Part shown: positions 9,883 through 20,098 of the stretch, in pieces
Position numbering within the stretch: the first letter of the stretch is position 1
How the letters are laid out: each line of letters begins with the position of its first letter
NCBI GenBank assembly: GCA_963812605.1
Contig: CAWEWF010000001.1
Location: 192,001 to 256,000 of the forward strand
Reading direction: 5' to 3'
Source of the DNA: an uncultured Verrucomicrobiae bacterium
Lineage (GTDB): Bacteria > Verrucomicrobiota > Verrucomicrobiia > Palsa-1439
DNA: 64,000 nucleotides
The notes under the pieces: model-generated
What the model was told of the DNA's origin: nothing
The model's input: the letters and a program-made list of their open reading frames with translations, nothing else
The model's database searches: none
Translations under genes and position numbers: made by a program

Positions 9883-9963
9883 ATGATCTATGTGACCATA
9901 GCAATCTCCGCGTTTCTGTTCATCTATCTGTGGGTGGCCCTGATTCGGCCCGAGTGGTTCTGA
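9883..9963 (+). CDS. kdpF: K+-transporting ATPase subunit F
   Basis: MIYVTIAISAFLFIYLWVALIRPEWF*, with the KdpF signature YL..AL.RPE.F and RBS gaggtg. Confidence 0.9.
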   Translation: MIYVTIAISAFLFIYLWVALIRPEWF

Positions 9964-10000
9964 GCAAACACAACGGCCAACCAAGAAAGGAACGACAACC

Positions 10001-10405
<405 letters not shown>

Positions 10406-10466
10406 CTATTTTGCTGTAGGAAAATGATTGATACCGCAAGGCGAGTGAGCGACAGGCCCCGTTGCC

Positions 10467-10979
10467 CTAATGCTTTTTCTTCGCCAAATAGTCGATGTAC
10501 ATCGTGAGGATCATCGACAACAGGATGGCCAGCGCGAAAACGTAAACGCCGGTTTGGGGTTCGACCTTCGCAAGTGGACCGAGTTTCACCAGCACAATCA
10601 AGATGGCCACCACCAGGACATCCAGCATCGACCATTTGCCCAGGATTCCCAACCAATGAAGCAGTTTCTGGCGTTTTCCCTCCGGCAAACGTACCGCCCA
10701 AATTACCGACAAGGCCACAAACTTGACCACCGGAAACACGATGGAAAAAAAGAACAGAACCAGGGCAAGCACGTATTCCTTGTCGTTGAATAGACCCTTA
10801 ACCCCCGTCACGATCGAATAGTCATTTTGCCAATGTTTCCATAAGATCTGTTTTTCGATTCTCATCAAGGGCAGGCACAAAGCGACCAAGAACGTTCCCA
10901 AGGAAACCAGAATTAGCAGCGGAACCTCGAAATGACGCGGGTAAATACTCATCAAGGATTGTTTTGAGCGGGTCGACAT
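10467..10979 (-). CDS. pqiA: Paraquat-inducible protein A family (single PqiA domain)
   Basis: SIVTGVKGLF, FFFSIVFPVVK, LGKWSMLDVLVVAILIVLVK. Confidence 0.85.
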   Translation of the reverse strand: MSTRSKQSLMSIYPRHFEVPLLILVSLGTFLVALCLPLMRIEKQILWKHWQNDYSIVTGVKGLFNDKEYVLALVLFFFSIVFPVVKFVALSVIWAVRLPEGKRQKLLHWLGILGKWSMLDVLVVAILIVLVKLGPLAKVEPQTGVYVFALAILLSMILTMYIDYLAKKKH

Positions 10980-10987
10980 TTGAGATG

Positions 10988-11590
10988 CTACGATTGGGGA
11001 TTTGCGGCGTTTCCTTTCGGAGCGCCACCACGCCCCAGGTAGCCTTCAAGATTTGGGAACAACGCCTGGATATAGGCATTGCGCAACAGATTGCCGATCG
11101 TGGCGAAAAAACCCGCGTCGGGATTGCCAATGTCACCACTGAGGGGAATACGGGTGGCGATCTGGTCTTTGGGTTGATTTTTCAGGATCTCAGCAACACC
11201 CGCCACAATTGTCTCCCAAAGGACTTTGAGCGGGTTTTCCTTCGCTTCTTTCCAGCGCGCTATTTCCAAGTGTTTCAGGATCGGCTTAATGTAACCCTGA
11301 ATTTTTCCGTGCTCAACCTGCATTTCAGGAAAGACGCTGAAAGTTCCCTGGGATGCGTCCACGCCGCCGGATGTCTTCTCGCGTTTAATCTGCTGGATCT
11401 GATACGCGCCGCGGAAGAGGTTGACGTAAAGTCGTCCCACCTGCGCCTGATAACCGGGAATTTTGTTCAACGTACGCAATACGTAGCTGCGAATCGCAAA
11501 CGGAAGAGTGATGTGAGCGATTACCAGAAACAATACAATCCCGCCTATAGTGAAGACCAGTTTCCTGCTCCCCTTCATCTCGCTTCTCAT
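10988..11590 (-). CDS. DUF748-family protein, apparently internally shortened
   Basis: N-terminal anchor plus LNKIPGYQAQVG..VNLFRGAY, and C-terminal GYIKP, LKNQPKDQIATRIPLSG, LRNAYIQAL. Only 200 aa. Confidence 0.7.
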   Translation of the reverse strand: MRSEMKGSRKLVFTIGGIVLFLVIAHITLPFAIRSYVLRTLNKIPGYQAQVGRLYVNLFRGAYQIQQIKREKTSGGVDASQGTFSVFPEMQVEHGKIQGYIKPILKHLEIARWKEAKENPLKVLWETIVAGVAEILKNQPKDQIATRIPLSGDIGNPDAGFFATIGNLLRNAYIQALFPNLEGYLGRGGAPKGNAANPQS

Positions 11591-11615
11591 TTCTTTTTAG
11601 AGGACATCAGCGTTG

Positions 11616-11982
11616 TCAATTACCCGGCGACACGGCAATGCCGATGATCCCGTCGCGTCCCGTCATGGCAATGCCTTTTACGCGGGTGCCTCCCAACCGC
11701 AAAAAGCATGGTCCATTGCAGATCCGGGACGAGGGAATTCTCAATACCACCATGTAGGTACCGGGAAAGTCCCCTTCAATTGCGGTCACGAACTCTCCAC
11801 GAATCGTTTCGTTGTGGAAATCGAAGGAAAGTCCCTTGTGGCTATACCGCCGCTTTATTTCTTCAATCTGTTCACGCGCTTGCTCGAGGCGGTAGGCGCA
11901 CGTTTCGGGATCGTCGAATCGTGAAGCGAACATGCTTAATCGGTCGGACCAACTGAGCAACATGATGTGCAGATGTTTCATC
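11616..11982 (-). CDS. Hypothetical protein
   Basis: ORF of about 120 aa with RBS-like gaaaggag before MKHLH. No family recognised. Confidence 0.4.
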
Positions 11983-12173
11983 GTCGGGCTCCTTTCCAAC
12001 CAAAGCATACGTCCGCAGCAATATCTCGGCTACGGGCGAATCTTCTGGTTGTGGAGTGGGTGAAACTCCTACTGGCGATGAGCCAACGTCCGAATCAAAT
12101 CCTTCGCGCTGGCGCTTTCACCGGCTTCCTCATGGACGCCTTCAATCAAAACATCTGCAGCTATTGTTTCATT

Positions 12174-12401
12174 TCAATGTCGGCCGCCTTTGCGGCCACC
12201 CTTGCGCGAGGGCGCTTTGTTTGGCTTCTTCCCGCGACCCGATCCGCCCTTCTTGCCACCGCGATCCGTTTTGTTGACGGTTGCCCAGGCGCGCCGTTCG
12301 GCTTCTTTCGTGCTGACGCCCCGTTTTTCGTAGCCTTCCTCAATGTGTTCTGCTTTGCGCTTTTGTTTTCGCGTGTATTTCGATTTGTCACCACGAGGCA
12401 T
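12174..12401 (-). CDS. Small basic protein of the MPRGDKSKYT family (often annotated 'plasmid stabilization protein')
   Basis: MPRGDKSKYTRKQKRKAEHIEEGYEKRGVSTKEAERRAWATVNK, RBS gggaga. Confidence 0.8.
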   Translation of the reverse strand: MPRGDKSKYTRKQKRKAEHIEEGYEKRGVSTKEAERRAWATVNKTDRGGKKGGSGRGKKPNKAPSRKGGRKGGRH

Positions 12402-12797
12402 GGTCGTTCTCCCTAGCAGAGACGAAATGAATGTCCGGAATGTTGATCGCGGTTTAATTCGGAAATATGTTGTCGGTCGATTAATCTTTTGAAGGAGCCG
12501 AGGCATGGACCAATTCGAACTCTTTCACTTTGGCTCGGGTGATCCGTTGCATCAATGAAGGGCCGACGACCGCGTAACAAATGGGTCCGAGTCCCTTGAG
12601 TGCGGTGTCATGGCATTTGCAGGTTTGGATTCGACCGGTTTGTCAGGGTTGGATTGTTGTACCCGTGATTGACGGCGTTTGTCTCGATTGTGTCATTCAG
12701 ATTCGAAATGCAGTTCTGATACATCGGCGGAGCGTCGTATCGTGCTCGTCAGTGAGGTTTGATTCGTTCCCTGTGTGTCCCTGGAACGCGATGTGAT

Positions 12798-13340
12798 TTA
12801 GTTGGAGCGCGCTTCGCCGTTGCCGTTCGTGCCGTTGTGATGGGGGATGGCGACGCTCATGGGCGAGGACTCATGAACAAGCTTGTGGGCAATGCGGGCG
12901 ATCTTTTTGCGGTGTTTGATCACCGCCGGGTGGGTGATGCCGACCTCGCGGCCGGTTTCACGCACGCCACAACCTTTCATTAGCAGGAAGAGGATTTGTT
13001 GCTGCATATCGGAAAGTTGTGGAAGAATGCGATTAGCGATCTCGTTGGTGATCCGTTCGCCCTGGATTTCGATGGAAAGAGCCGGCGAAGCGTCTGGAAC
13101 GCCGTTGTGGCCGGGAGGTTCGCGTTTCAGGGAATCGATGCCGCGGCCGGGCTTGAGGTAGTTGCGCGCGTGAAATTCACAGCTCCTCAGATACCAGCCC
13201 AATGTCTGGTCGACTTCGGCCGTTTGGATGCGGACAAGATGCACAAACATTTCCTGCATCAGGTCCTTCTGAAGATCCGGATCGGCAGTCAGTTTTCCTG
13301 CGATCTCATGCAATTGACGAACGATATGATTCTCAGTCAT
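12798..13340 (-). CDS. Sigma-70/ECF-like transcription factor
   Basis: Region-2-like DLQKDLMQEMFVHL...WYLRSC and region-4 HTH LSDMQQQILFLLMKGCGVRETGREVGITHPAVIKHRKKI. Confidence 0.65.
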   Translation of the reverse strand: MTENHIVRQLHEIAGKLTADPDLQKDLMQEMFVHLVRIQTAEVDQTLGWYLRSCEFHARNYLKPGRGIDSLKREPPGHNGVPDASPALSIEIQGERITNEIANRILPQLSDMQQQILFLLMKGCGVRETGREVGITHPAVIKHRKKIARIAHKLVHESSPMSVAIPHHNGTNGNGEARSN

Positions 13341-13917
13341 AGTCAACACCCTGCCTAACTCGCTTTTGGTTTGATGAACGATAACAGGCTGGACGGCACC
13401 CCGGTCTCCAACCCTTACCTTAACTCCGCACCTCTCCAAGTGACTCAACTACGGTATAAACAATATCTTGGTTAGCGCCAGCCATGCCAAGAAAAATTAG
13501 GGTTTGGGGGTGGTTACCTACTGGGAAATGTAACCAACGGTCGTGGTGGAGGTTGCAATCCTGCGTCACAGGCCAACTATTTTTCCGGGACTGAATTCCA
13601 AGCCCAGCCAGGTTGGGCGAGTGTTCACTGGACTTTACACTTTGAACACCGGTGTCCAGTTGTAGTGGACACCGGAAATGTTCAGTTAATCGAACACTAG
13701 TAACCGCCAAGAGTAACCACTGCCAGAGAGCGAGCGCAATGATTTCTTCCGAGGCATGAAATGAGTACAGGATTCTTGCAGAGGGCACGACGCGAGGAAA
13801 CAGAAAGTGCTGGTGGCCGCCAATGGGCGCGAAGCCTTGAACAGCAGCAATCTTGAACGACAGCAATAAGGACTGAAGCGAACGTTACTCTTTTCCCGGC
13901 GTCCAATGGAAAGCGGA

Positions 13918-14727
13918 TCAGGACGCGGAGGCGAGGGCTGAGAAGGCCGCGCGGTCCATCCACTCGTCCAGCACATGATTGAACTTGTCCGGCTGCTCGA
14001 AGGCGACGAGATGGCCCGCATGCGGAATGATATTCAACTGGCTGCCCGGAATCGCCTGGGCCAGTTTCTCTGATTCCGTCGCTGGAATGAGCGTATCATC
14101 AGCGCCGGTAAGAACCAAGGTCGGCACGGAAATCCGGGTCAACTCCGCCGTCGCATCCGGTCGCTCGGCCATCCCCAGCAACGCGCCGATGACTCCCGCG
14201 GGTTTGGACGATGCCATGAGCCCGCGCACCTGCTCCAGCATGGTCCGATCGTGATTCTCCGGCGCGAGCATCTTGGGCGCCATTGTCTCAATAACAACCT
14301 CCACGCCTTTGGCTCGCACCTTCTCGGCGGTTGCGCGTCGCCCGGCAGCCGCTTCCGGGGTATCTTTGCCCGCCTTCGTGCCGACCAATACGAGACCGCG
14401 TACCATCTGGGGATATTGCCGTAGGAAAGCAAAAGACACGTAGCCACCCATGGAATGGCCGATCAACACCGCCGGCCCGGTAGCGAGCTGTTGGAGCATT
14501 GCGTGGAGATCGTCGGCGTATTGCGCCATCGTGACCGGCCCGGTCCCGGCCTGGCTTTCACCGAAGCCGCGGAGATCGGGCGCGATGACCCGATAGGGTG
14601 ATCGGAACTCATCGATCTGCTTCTGCCATGCGCCGCGACTGAGCGGAAATCCATGCACGAAGAGCAGCGGCACACCCCGCCCCACGTCCGTGTAACCAAT
14701 AGTGACATCGTTCATGGTCATTTGCAT
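13918..14727 (-). CDS. Alpha/beta fold hydrolase
   Basis: FVHGFP, APDLRGFG, GHSMGG nucleophile elbow, GADD, AGHL. Confidence 0.92.
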   Translation of the reverse strand: MQMTMNDVTIGYTDVGRGVPLLFVHGFPLSRGAWQKQIDEFRSPYRVIAPDLRGFGESQAGTGPVTMAQYADDLHAMLQQLATGPAVLIGHSMGGYVSFAFLRQYPQMVRGLVLVGTKAGKDTPEAAAGRRATAEKVRAKGVEVVIETMAPKMLAPENHDRTMLEQVRGLMASSKPAGVIGALLGMAERPDATAELTRISVPTLVLTGADDTLIPATESEKLAQAIPGSQLNIIPHAGHLVAFEQPDKFNHVLDEWMDRAAFSALASAS

Positions 14728-14802
14728 GATGGATTCCTTTACGGTTGGCGATCAACCAGCCTTGTGGCGGCATTTGAGGCTCGCACCCAACGGCGAAACC
14801 GA

Positions 14803-15084
14803 CTACGCGTGCTTCTGGTGCTTGGCGCGCTCTTCCCGCATGGCTTCCTTGCCGGCTTCGACGGCTGCGGCGATTTCCGCCTTCTTGCCCTCGATGTAGT
14901 CCTTGGCATCCTCGATGGCGTCGTGCGCTTTGCCCTTGTATTCCCTGCCCTTGGAGGCGATCAGCTTTCGCGTTTCCTCGCCTGACTGTGGTGCGTAGAG
15001 CAGGGCGAGCGTTGCCCCAGCGAGGGCGCCCACGGCGAACGCTGTCAATATGGTACCGACCGAACCTGAATTGTTCTCAGACAT
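14803..15084 (-). CDS. YtxH-domain general stress protein
   Basis: AFAVGALAGATLALLYAPQSGEETRK. Confidence 0.9.
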   Translation of the reverse strand: MSENNSGSVGTILTAFAVGALAGATLALLYAPQSGEETRKLIASKGREYKGKAHDAIEDAKDYIEGKKAEIAAAVEAGKEAMREERAKHQKHA

Positions 15085-15505
15085 GATCTGACTCCTTCGT
15101 TGTTGGGTTGTGCTGATTTCGGTGTGACAAAAACTGCAAAAAAGCGGCGATTCCCGTGCGGAAAAGATTCACATTTCGCACGAGTGAATGCACCGGCGGC
15201 TCCACGACCGAACCAATCTCATCCACAATTTTGTCAGCCCGCTTCGCCCATTGCCGGGCGGTTTGAACCACCTGGTCCACTTCATCCAGTTGTTGGTGGG
15301 CCCGCTTCGAGAGGTCCGTTACGTTTCGCACCATCGTATGGCTGTCTGCTGCGAGCGCTTCAAGTTTTTCCTTCAATTCCCCAACGGTGTTCACCAGTTG
15401 CTCCAGCTTGCGCCGCAAATGGAAGGCGACGGGGATGATGCAAAGCGCCAGGACAACGAAGGTGAGAGAAGCAATGAAAAGGGCTACCTGTAGTGCAGTC
15501 GACAT
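15077..15505 (-). CDS. DUF948/YoxC-like protein
   Basis: N-terminal TM plus coiled coil, overlapping the ytxH-like gene as in the usual pairing. Confidence 0.75.
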   Translation of the reverse strand: MSTALQVALFIASLTFVVLALCIIPVAFHLRRKLEQLVNTVGELKEKLEALAADSHTMVRNVTDLSKRAHQQLDEVDQVVQTARQWAKRADKIVDEIGSVVEPPVHSLVRNVNLFRTGIAAFLQFLSHRNQHNPTTKESDHV

Positions 15506-15797
15506 TAATAGTACCTCGCCCCTAAACTACAGCCCTCTCCCTCGCGTCGCAACAGATTATTGAGGTCACGCTTGCATGGATCATCACCAGCACGGTACGG
15601 CCTGGGTTGACTCGCGACCATGGGGCAAAACCCTACCAACGATTCCGGCCGGTCGCATTGCGCCCCACGGACCGACTCGAGCGACTACCAGATCCGTCGC
15701 TTGAGATAAGGGCATCGAAACCCTTGTTGCGAGCGCAAGGATTTGGCATAGAATGAACCGATGAAACGAACGTCGACAAGATGACCCGCAGTGACTC

Positions 15798-16697
15798 ATG
15801 AATTGGAATCCCCTGAATCTTACGGTCCGAGTTGGTTGCCATCTTGCCTACGAGACCTCGGTGCCGACCCCGGCGTTTTTCGTGCTGAAACCGCGGCTCG
15901 AAGGCAAGGTTCTCGTGTACCAGGAGAAACTTTCGTTCGGGATCGGTCTGCCCTCCTATGAATTCCAGGATTCTTACGGCAATATCACCTGCCGCTCGAT
16001 GCTCATGCCGGGGCGCAACGACATCCGTCACGATGCCCTGGTCGCCGTTTCTTCCCTGCCCGACAGCCGCGAAGGAGCAGTGGACGCCGTTCCAGTGGCC
16101 CAACTGCCTACGGAGTTGTTGCGCTACACGCTGCCCAGCCGCTATTGCGATTCCGATAAGCTGCTGAATTTCGCCTGGAACCTTTTCGGGCCGGTCCCCC
16201 ACGGTCTCGCGCGGGTACAGGCCATCTGCGATTGGATCCACGCCAACATCGAATACCGCTTCGGCTCCGGGCGCACGGACCTCTCGGCCGCGGAGGTGAT
16301 CGAACGGCGTTACGGCGTCTGTCGCGACTTCGCCCACGTGGCCATCGCGTTGTGCCGCGCCTTCAATTTGCCCGCCCGCTACGTGACGGGACATTTGCCG
16401 GACATTGCGTATGTCGATCCGGGCGTGCCGATGGATTTTCATGGTTATTGCGAAGTTTACCTGGGTCGGGAGTGGTTCACCTTTGACCCGCGTTACAACG
16501 TCCCGCGCATTGGCCGCGTCAAGGTCGCCCACGGTTTGGATGCCGTGGATGGCGCATTTGGGACCATCTATGGCGAGGCCAAGCTTACTTATTTTGAAAT
16601 CTGGGCCTATCAGGTGAACCCCGAGGAGGTTTCCGTTGGCGATCCCATCGATTTGTCCAAACGCCTCGACGGCACCACGACGCTGCGTTTGCGTTAG
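15798..16697 (+). CDS. Transglutaminase-like protein
   Basis: YTLPSRYCDSD, GVCRDFAH, PARYVTG, PMDFH, WFTFDPR. Confidence 0.9.
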   Translation: MNWNPLNLTVRVGCHLAYETSVPTPAFFVLKPRLEGKVLVYQEKLSFGIGLPSYEFQDSYGNITCRSMLMPGRNDIRHDALVAVSSLPDSREGAVDAVPVAQLPTELLRYTLPSRYCDSDKLLNFAWNLFGPVPHGLARVQAICDWIHANIEYRFGSGRTDLSAAEVIERRYGVCRDFAHVAIALCRAFNLPARYVTGHLPDIAYVDPGVPMDFHGYCEVYLGREWFTFDPRYNVPRIGRVKVAHGLDAVDGAFGTIYGEAKLTYFEIWAYQVNPEEVSVGDPIDLSKRLDGTTTLRLR

Positions 16698-16739
16698 CAC
16701 CGCGCTTGACTGATGGGCGCATCCAGGTAGGGTTTGTTC

Positions 16740-17705
16740 ATGGCCGTTGAATTCAAAGACTACTACGACGTTCTCGGCGTGCCCCGCAACGCCAGCGACG
16801 CGGAAATCAAGAAGGCCTTCCGCACGTTGGCCCGCAAATATCACCCGGACGTTGCCAAGGACAAAACCACCGCCGAGGAAAAGTTCAAGGAAATCAACGA
16901 GGCCAATGAAGTCCTGAGCGACCCGGAGAAACGGCGCAAGTATGATGAGCTGGGCGCGAACTGGAACCGTCCGGAATGGCAACAGCCGCCGCCACAGGGC
17001 GGATTCGGCGGAGGTTTTGAACAGGGTTCTGAATTTCATTTTGACGGCACGGGTTTCAGCGATTTCTTCGAGCAGTTTTTCGGCAGTCGCGGTCGCCCAT
17101 TCGGTGGTTTCGGTCGGGAAAACGGCGGGGACGGCGAGGCCTTCGCGCAGCGCGGCCAGGACATCGAGGGTGACATCCTGGTGACGCTCGACGAAGCGCT
17201 GCACGGTTCGTCGCGAACGATCCGGCTGCAGCGCACCGATCCGCATACCGGACAATCGACCACGCAGACCTTGCGCGTAAAAATCCCCCCGGCGTCCGGG
17301 AAGCGCCAGCTCATCCGGGTCGCAGGCAAAGGCCAGGAGGGCTCCGGCGGTGGCGCTGCGGGCAACCTGTATCTGCGGGTAAAATTTGCCCAGCATCCCG
17401 ATTTCCGCGTGCGCGGCGCTGACCTGTATCATGATTTGGAACTGGCCCCGTGGGAAGCGGTACTCGGCGCCACCGTCCACATACCAACCCTCGATGGAAC
17501 GGTGTCGATGAAGATTCCGCCAGGCACCGTGGCCGAGAAACAATTCCGTTTGCGCGGCAAGGGCCTGCCCATGGGCAACGGCACGCGTGGCGACCTGTAT
17601 GCCATGGTGTCTATCCAGGTCCCGCCGCAGCTCACGACGGAACAAAAAAACCTGTGGGAGCAGTTGGCCGCAAAATCGAGATTCAACCCGAGGAAGAGCC
17701 CATGA
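16740..17705 (+). CDS. cbpA: Curved DNA-binding DnaJ-class protein
   Basis: J-domain with HPD, G/F region, DnaJ C-terminus (LAPWEAVLG), no Zn fingers. Followed by a cbpM-like gene. Confidence 0.9.
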   Translation: MAVEFKDYYDVLGVPRNASDAEIKKAFRTLARKYHPDVAKDKTTAEEKFKEINEANEVLSDPEKRRKYDELGANWNRPEWQQPPPQGGFGGGFEQGSEFHFDGTGFSDFFEQFFGSRGRPFGGFGRENGGDGEAFAQRGQDIEGDILVTLDEALHGSSRTIRLQRTDPHTGQSTTQTLRVKIPPASGKRQLIRVAGKGQEGSGGGAAGNLYLRVKFAQHPDFRVRGADLYHDLELAPWEAVLGATVHIPTLDGTVSMKIPPGTVAEKQFRLRGKGLPMGNGTRGDLYAMVSIQVPPQLTTEQKNLWEQLAAKSRFNPRKSP

Positions 17706-18040
17706 GTAAACGCTCTGTTCGGGACATTCCCCCACCCGAGGCCCTGGAGTTGTTCCAATCGAAGCCGAACGTGCTGTACAGCCTCGACGACGCCGCTCAT
17801 CTCGCGGGCGTCCCGCGCCGTTCCATTCTCGTCTATTGCCGCGCCGGGCTTGTCCGACCCGTTTTTCAACCGCCGTACGGAATGATGGAATTCACCGAAG
17901 AATCGATCCACATCGTGCGGCGGATCGAACAGTTGCAGACTGTTCACGGCATCGACCTCGCCTGGGTCAAAACCATGTTCGACCTGATCGAGGAAGTTGA
18001 CCGCCTGCGCGCCGAGCTGAGCTTTTTGCGCAACCAGTAA
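17702..18040 (+). CDS. cbpM: CbpM-like/MerR-type chaperone modulator
   Basis: ATGA overlap with cbp[13 protein letters not shown]...GLVRP...RRIEQL...[12 protein letters not shown]. Confidence 0.75.
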   Translation: MSKRSVRDIPPPEALELFQSKPNVLYSLDDAAHLAGVPRRSILVYCRAGLVRPVFQPPYGMMEFTEESIHIVRRIEQLQTVHGIDLAWVKTMFDLIEEVDRLRAELSFLRNQ

Positions 18041-18070
18041 GAAAGCAGGCCCGCACAAGACTTGTACCGT

Positions 18071-19276
18071 ATGGCCAAGAAACCTGATCAAGCCAGCATC
18101 CTGGCAATCAATGGCGGCTCGTCGAGCATCAAGTTCGTCCTCTATCAGGTCGGTGAACCACTGGAGCGGAGGCTTTCTGGGAAAGTGGATCGCATCGGCC
18201 TGAGCGGAACAAACCTGACGTTTCACGACTCGACCGGGAAACCACAGAAAAGTCGCAGCATCACCGCTTCCAATCACAAGTCGGCGGCGAAATCCCTGAT
18301 TGATTGGCTCGAAGAACAGATAACTTTCGCTTCGGTCCGGGCCGTGGGACACCGCGTCGTGCATGGCATGACGCATACCGAGCCGGAGCGAGTCACGCCA
18401 AAACTGCTCAAGGAATTGCATCGCATCACCCCGTACGACCCGGATCATCTGCCACGCCAGATCGAGCTGATCAAGCTCTTTAGACAGCGTCATCCGAAAC
18501 TGCCCCAGGTCGCGTGCTTCGATACTGCGTTTCACCGCACCATGCCGCGCGTCGCCAGAATATTGTCGATCCCGCGTCACTACGAGGCGAAGGGTGTCCG
18601 GCGCTACGGCTTCCACGGCCTGTCCTACGCCTATCTGCTGGAAGAACTCGCCCGCCTCGGCGACCCGGCGGCAACCAGGGGTCGCGTGATCCTGGCGCAT
18701 CTCGGCAATGGCGCCAGCCTGGCCGCCGTGCGCGATGGCAAAAGCATCGACACCAGCATGGGTTTTACGCCGACAGCGGGCTTGGTGATGAGCACTCGTT
18801 CCGGCGACCTGGACCCGGGACTCCTTGCGTTTCTCGCGCGCACCGAGCGAATGACCCCATCGCAATTTGGCCAGATGGTGAACCACCAGTCCGGACTGCT
18901 CGGCGTTTCGGAGATCAGTTCCGACATGCGCGACCTGCTTGCCCAGGAAGCCGCCGATGTGCGGGCGGCGGAAGCCGTGGCGCTGTTCTGCTATCAGGCG
19001 AAAAAGTGGATCGGCTCCTTCGCCGCCGCGCTCGGCGGAGTGGATACGCTCGTTTTCGCCGGTGGCATTGGTGAAAATGTGGCAATCATTCGTGCGCGCA
19101 TCTGCAAGGAGTTGGGTTTTCTCGGTATCGAATTGCAAACGGCGCGCAATACGAAGAACGCGGCGGTGATTTCCACGGATGCCAGCCCGGCCACCGTTCG
19201 CGTCATCCGCACGGACGAAGAACTGATGATTGCGCGCTCGGTATGCCGCCTTCTCAAACTCGGCGCGGGCGGCTGA
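18071..19276 (+). CDS. ackA: Acetate kinase
   Basis: AINGGSSSIK, GHRVVHG, FDTAFH, RRYGFHGLS, HLGNGAS, FAGGIGEN, TDEELMIA. Confidence 0.95.
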   Translation: MAKKPDQASILAINGGSSSIKFVLYQVGEPLERRLSGKVDRIGLSGTNLTFHDSTGKPQKSRSITASNHKSAAKSLIDWLEEQITFASVRAVGHRVVHGMTHTEPERVTPKLLKELHRITPYDPDHLPRQIELIKLFRQRHPKLPQVACFDTAFHRTMPRVARILSIPRHYEAKGVRRYGFHGLSYAYLLEELARLGDPAATRGRVILAHLGNGASLAAVRDGKSIDTSMGFTPTAGLVMSTRSGDLDPGLLAFLARTERMTPSQFGQMVNHQSGLLGVSEISSDMRDLLAQEAADVRAAEAVALFCYQAKKWIGSFAAALGGVDTLVFAGGIGENVAIIRARICKELGFLGIELQTARNTKNAAVISTDASPATVRVIRTDEELMIARSVCRLLKLGAGG

Positions 19277-19287
19277 AAGAATTCCAA

Positions 19288-19572
19288 TCACTTCTCTTTT
19301 TCCCTGGATACCGGAGAATTGCTTTCCGTATTTTCCTTCACGGCGGCAACCATCGCGTCCATCCCATCCTTGATCTCGCCGACCTGCGGGTGCACTTCCT
19401 TGATGAGGTCATGTTCGATTTTGGACAGCTTTTCGATGCGTTTCCCCTGCGCGTGAAGTTGATCCAAGAACGCACTCTGTTTGCTTGAAATCCGATGCAT
19501 CCACCAAAAGCAGACAATCCAGCACAGGGTTCCAATCAAAGTCAGCCAAAAGGCGAAGTCGGTTTTATTCAT
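19288..19572 (-). CDS. Hypothetical single-TM protein
   Basis: 94 aa, RBS ggag, N-terminal TM then coiled coil. Confidence 0.6.
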   Translation of the reverse strand: MNKTDFAFWLTLIGTLCWIVCFWWMHRISSKQSAFLDQLHAQGKRIEKLSKIEHDLIKEVHPQVGEIKDGMDAMVAAVKENTESNSPVSREKEK

Positions 19573-19762
19573 CTCCAGTTTTCCTCATGTTACGCGATGG
19601 GCCGGTTCTTGGCTAAGCTTTTACTCGCGGACCCACAGTAGGGTTACACCCCATGGTAAAAAGTCAACGTAAGCCATAATTTCCCAACCAGGATGCTGAC
19701 CGCCAAAATATTCTTGCGGTCTCAGTGACGACGAACAAAAATAAAAATCCAAAGGAACTGTC

Positions 19763-19969
19763 ATGAACACACTGGAAATTAAAGGCGACTGGAACATCAC
19801 CAAGGGCAAACTGAAACAAAAGTGGGCCAAACTGACGGATGACGATCTTCAATTCGCCGAAGGCAAGGTCGAAGAGGTCCTGGGTCGGATTCAAAAGCGC
19901 ACTGGTGAAACCCGTGAAGCGGTGGAAAAGGCGGTCAAGGAAGCCTCCGCCCACTCCTGCGACAACTAA
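19763..19969 (+). CDS. csbD: CsbD family stress protein
   Basis: IKGDWNITKGKLKQKWAKLTDDDL...GRIQKRTG. Confidence 0.92.
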   Translation: MNTLEIKGDWNITKGKLKQKWAKLTDDDLQFAEGKVEEVLGRIQKRTGETREAVEKAVKEASAHSCDN

Positions 19970-20098
19970 ACTGCCCTCTGCACGGGTGGACCGGGGAAGT
20001 ATGTTCAAGGGCCGGCGCCCGTGCCGATCGCAGTGAAACTGACTTTTCAAACGTGCTGTCCCTTGGTACTCTGACGTCGAATCGACAAGGCGCAGCGC

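Noticed and set aside
15633-19291. 700-aa and 620-aa minus-strand ORFs
   Set aside because: Antisense shadows of the transglutaminase-like gene, cbpA, cbpM and ackA.
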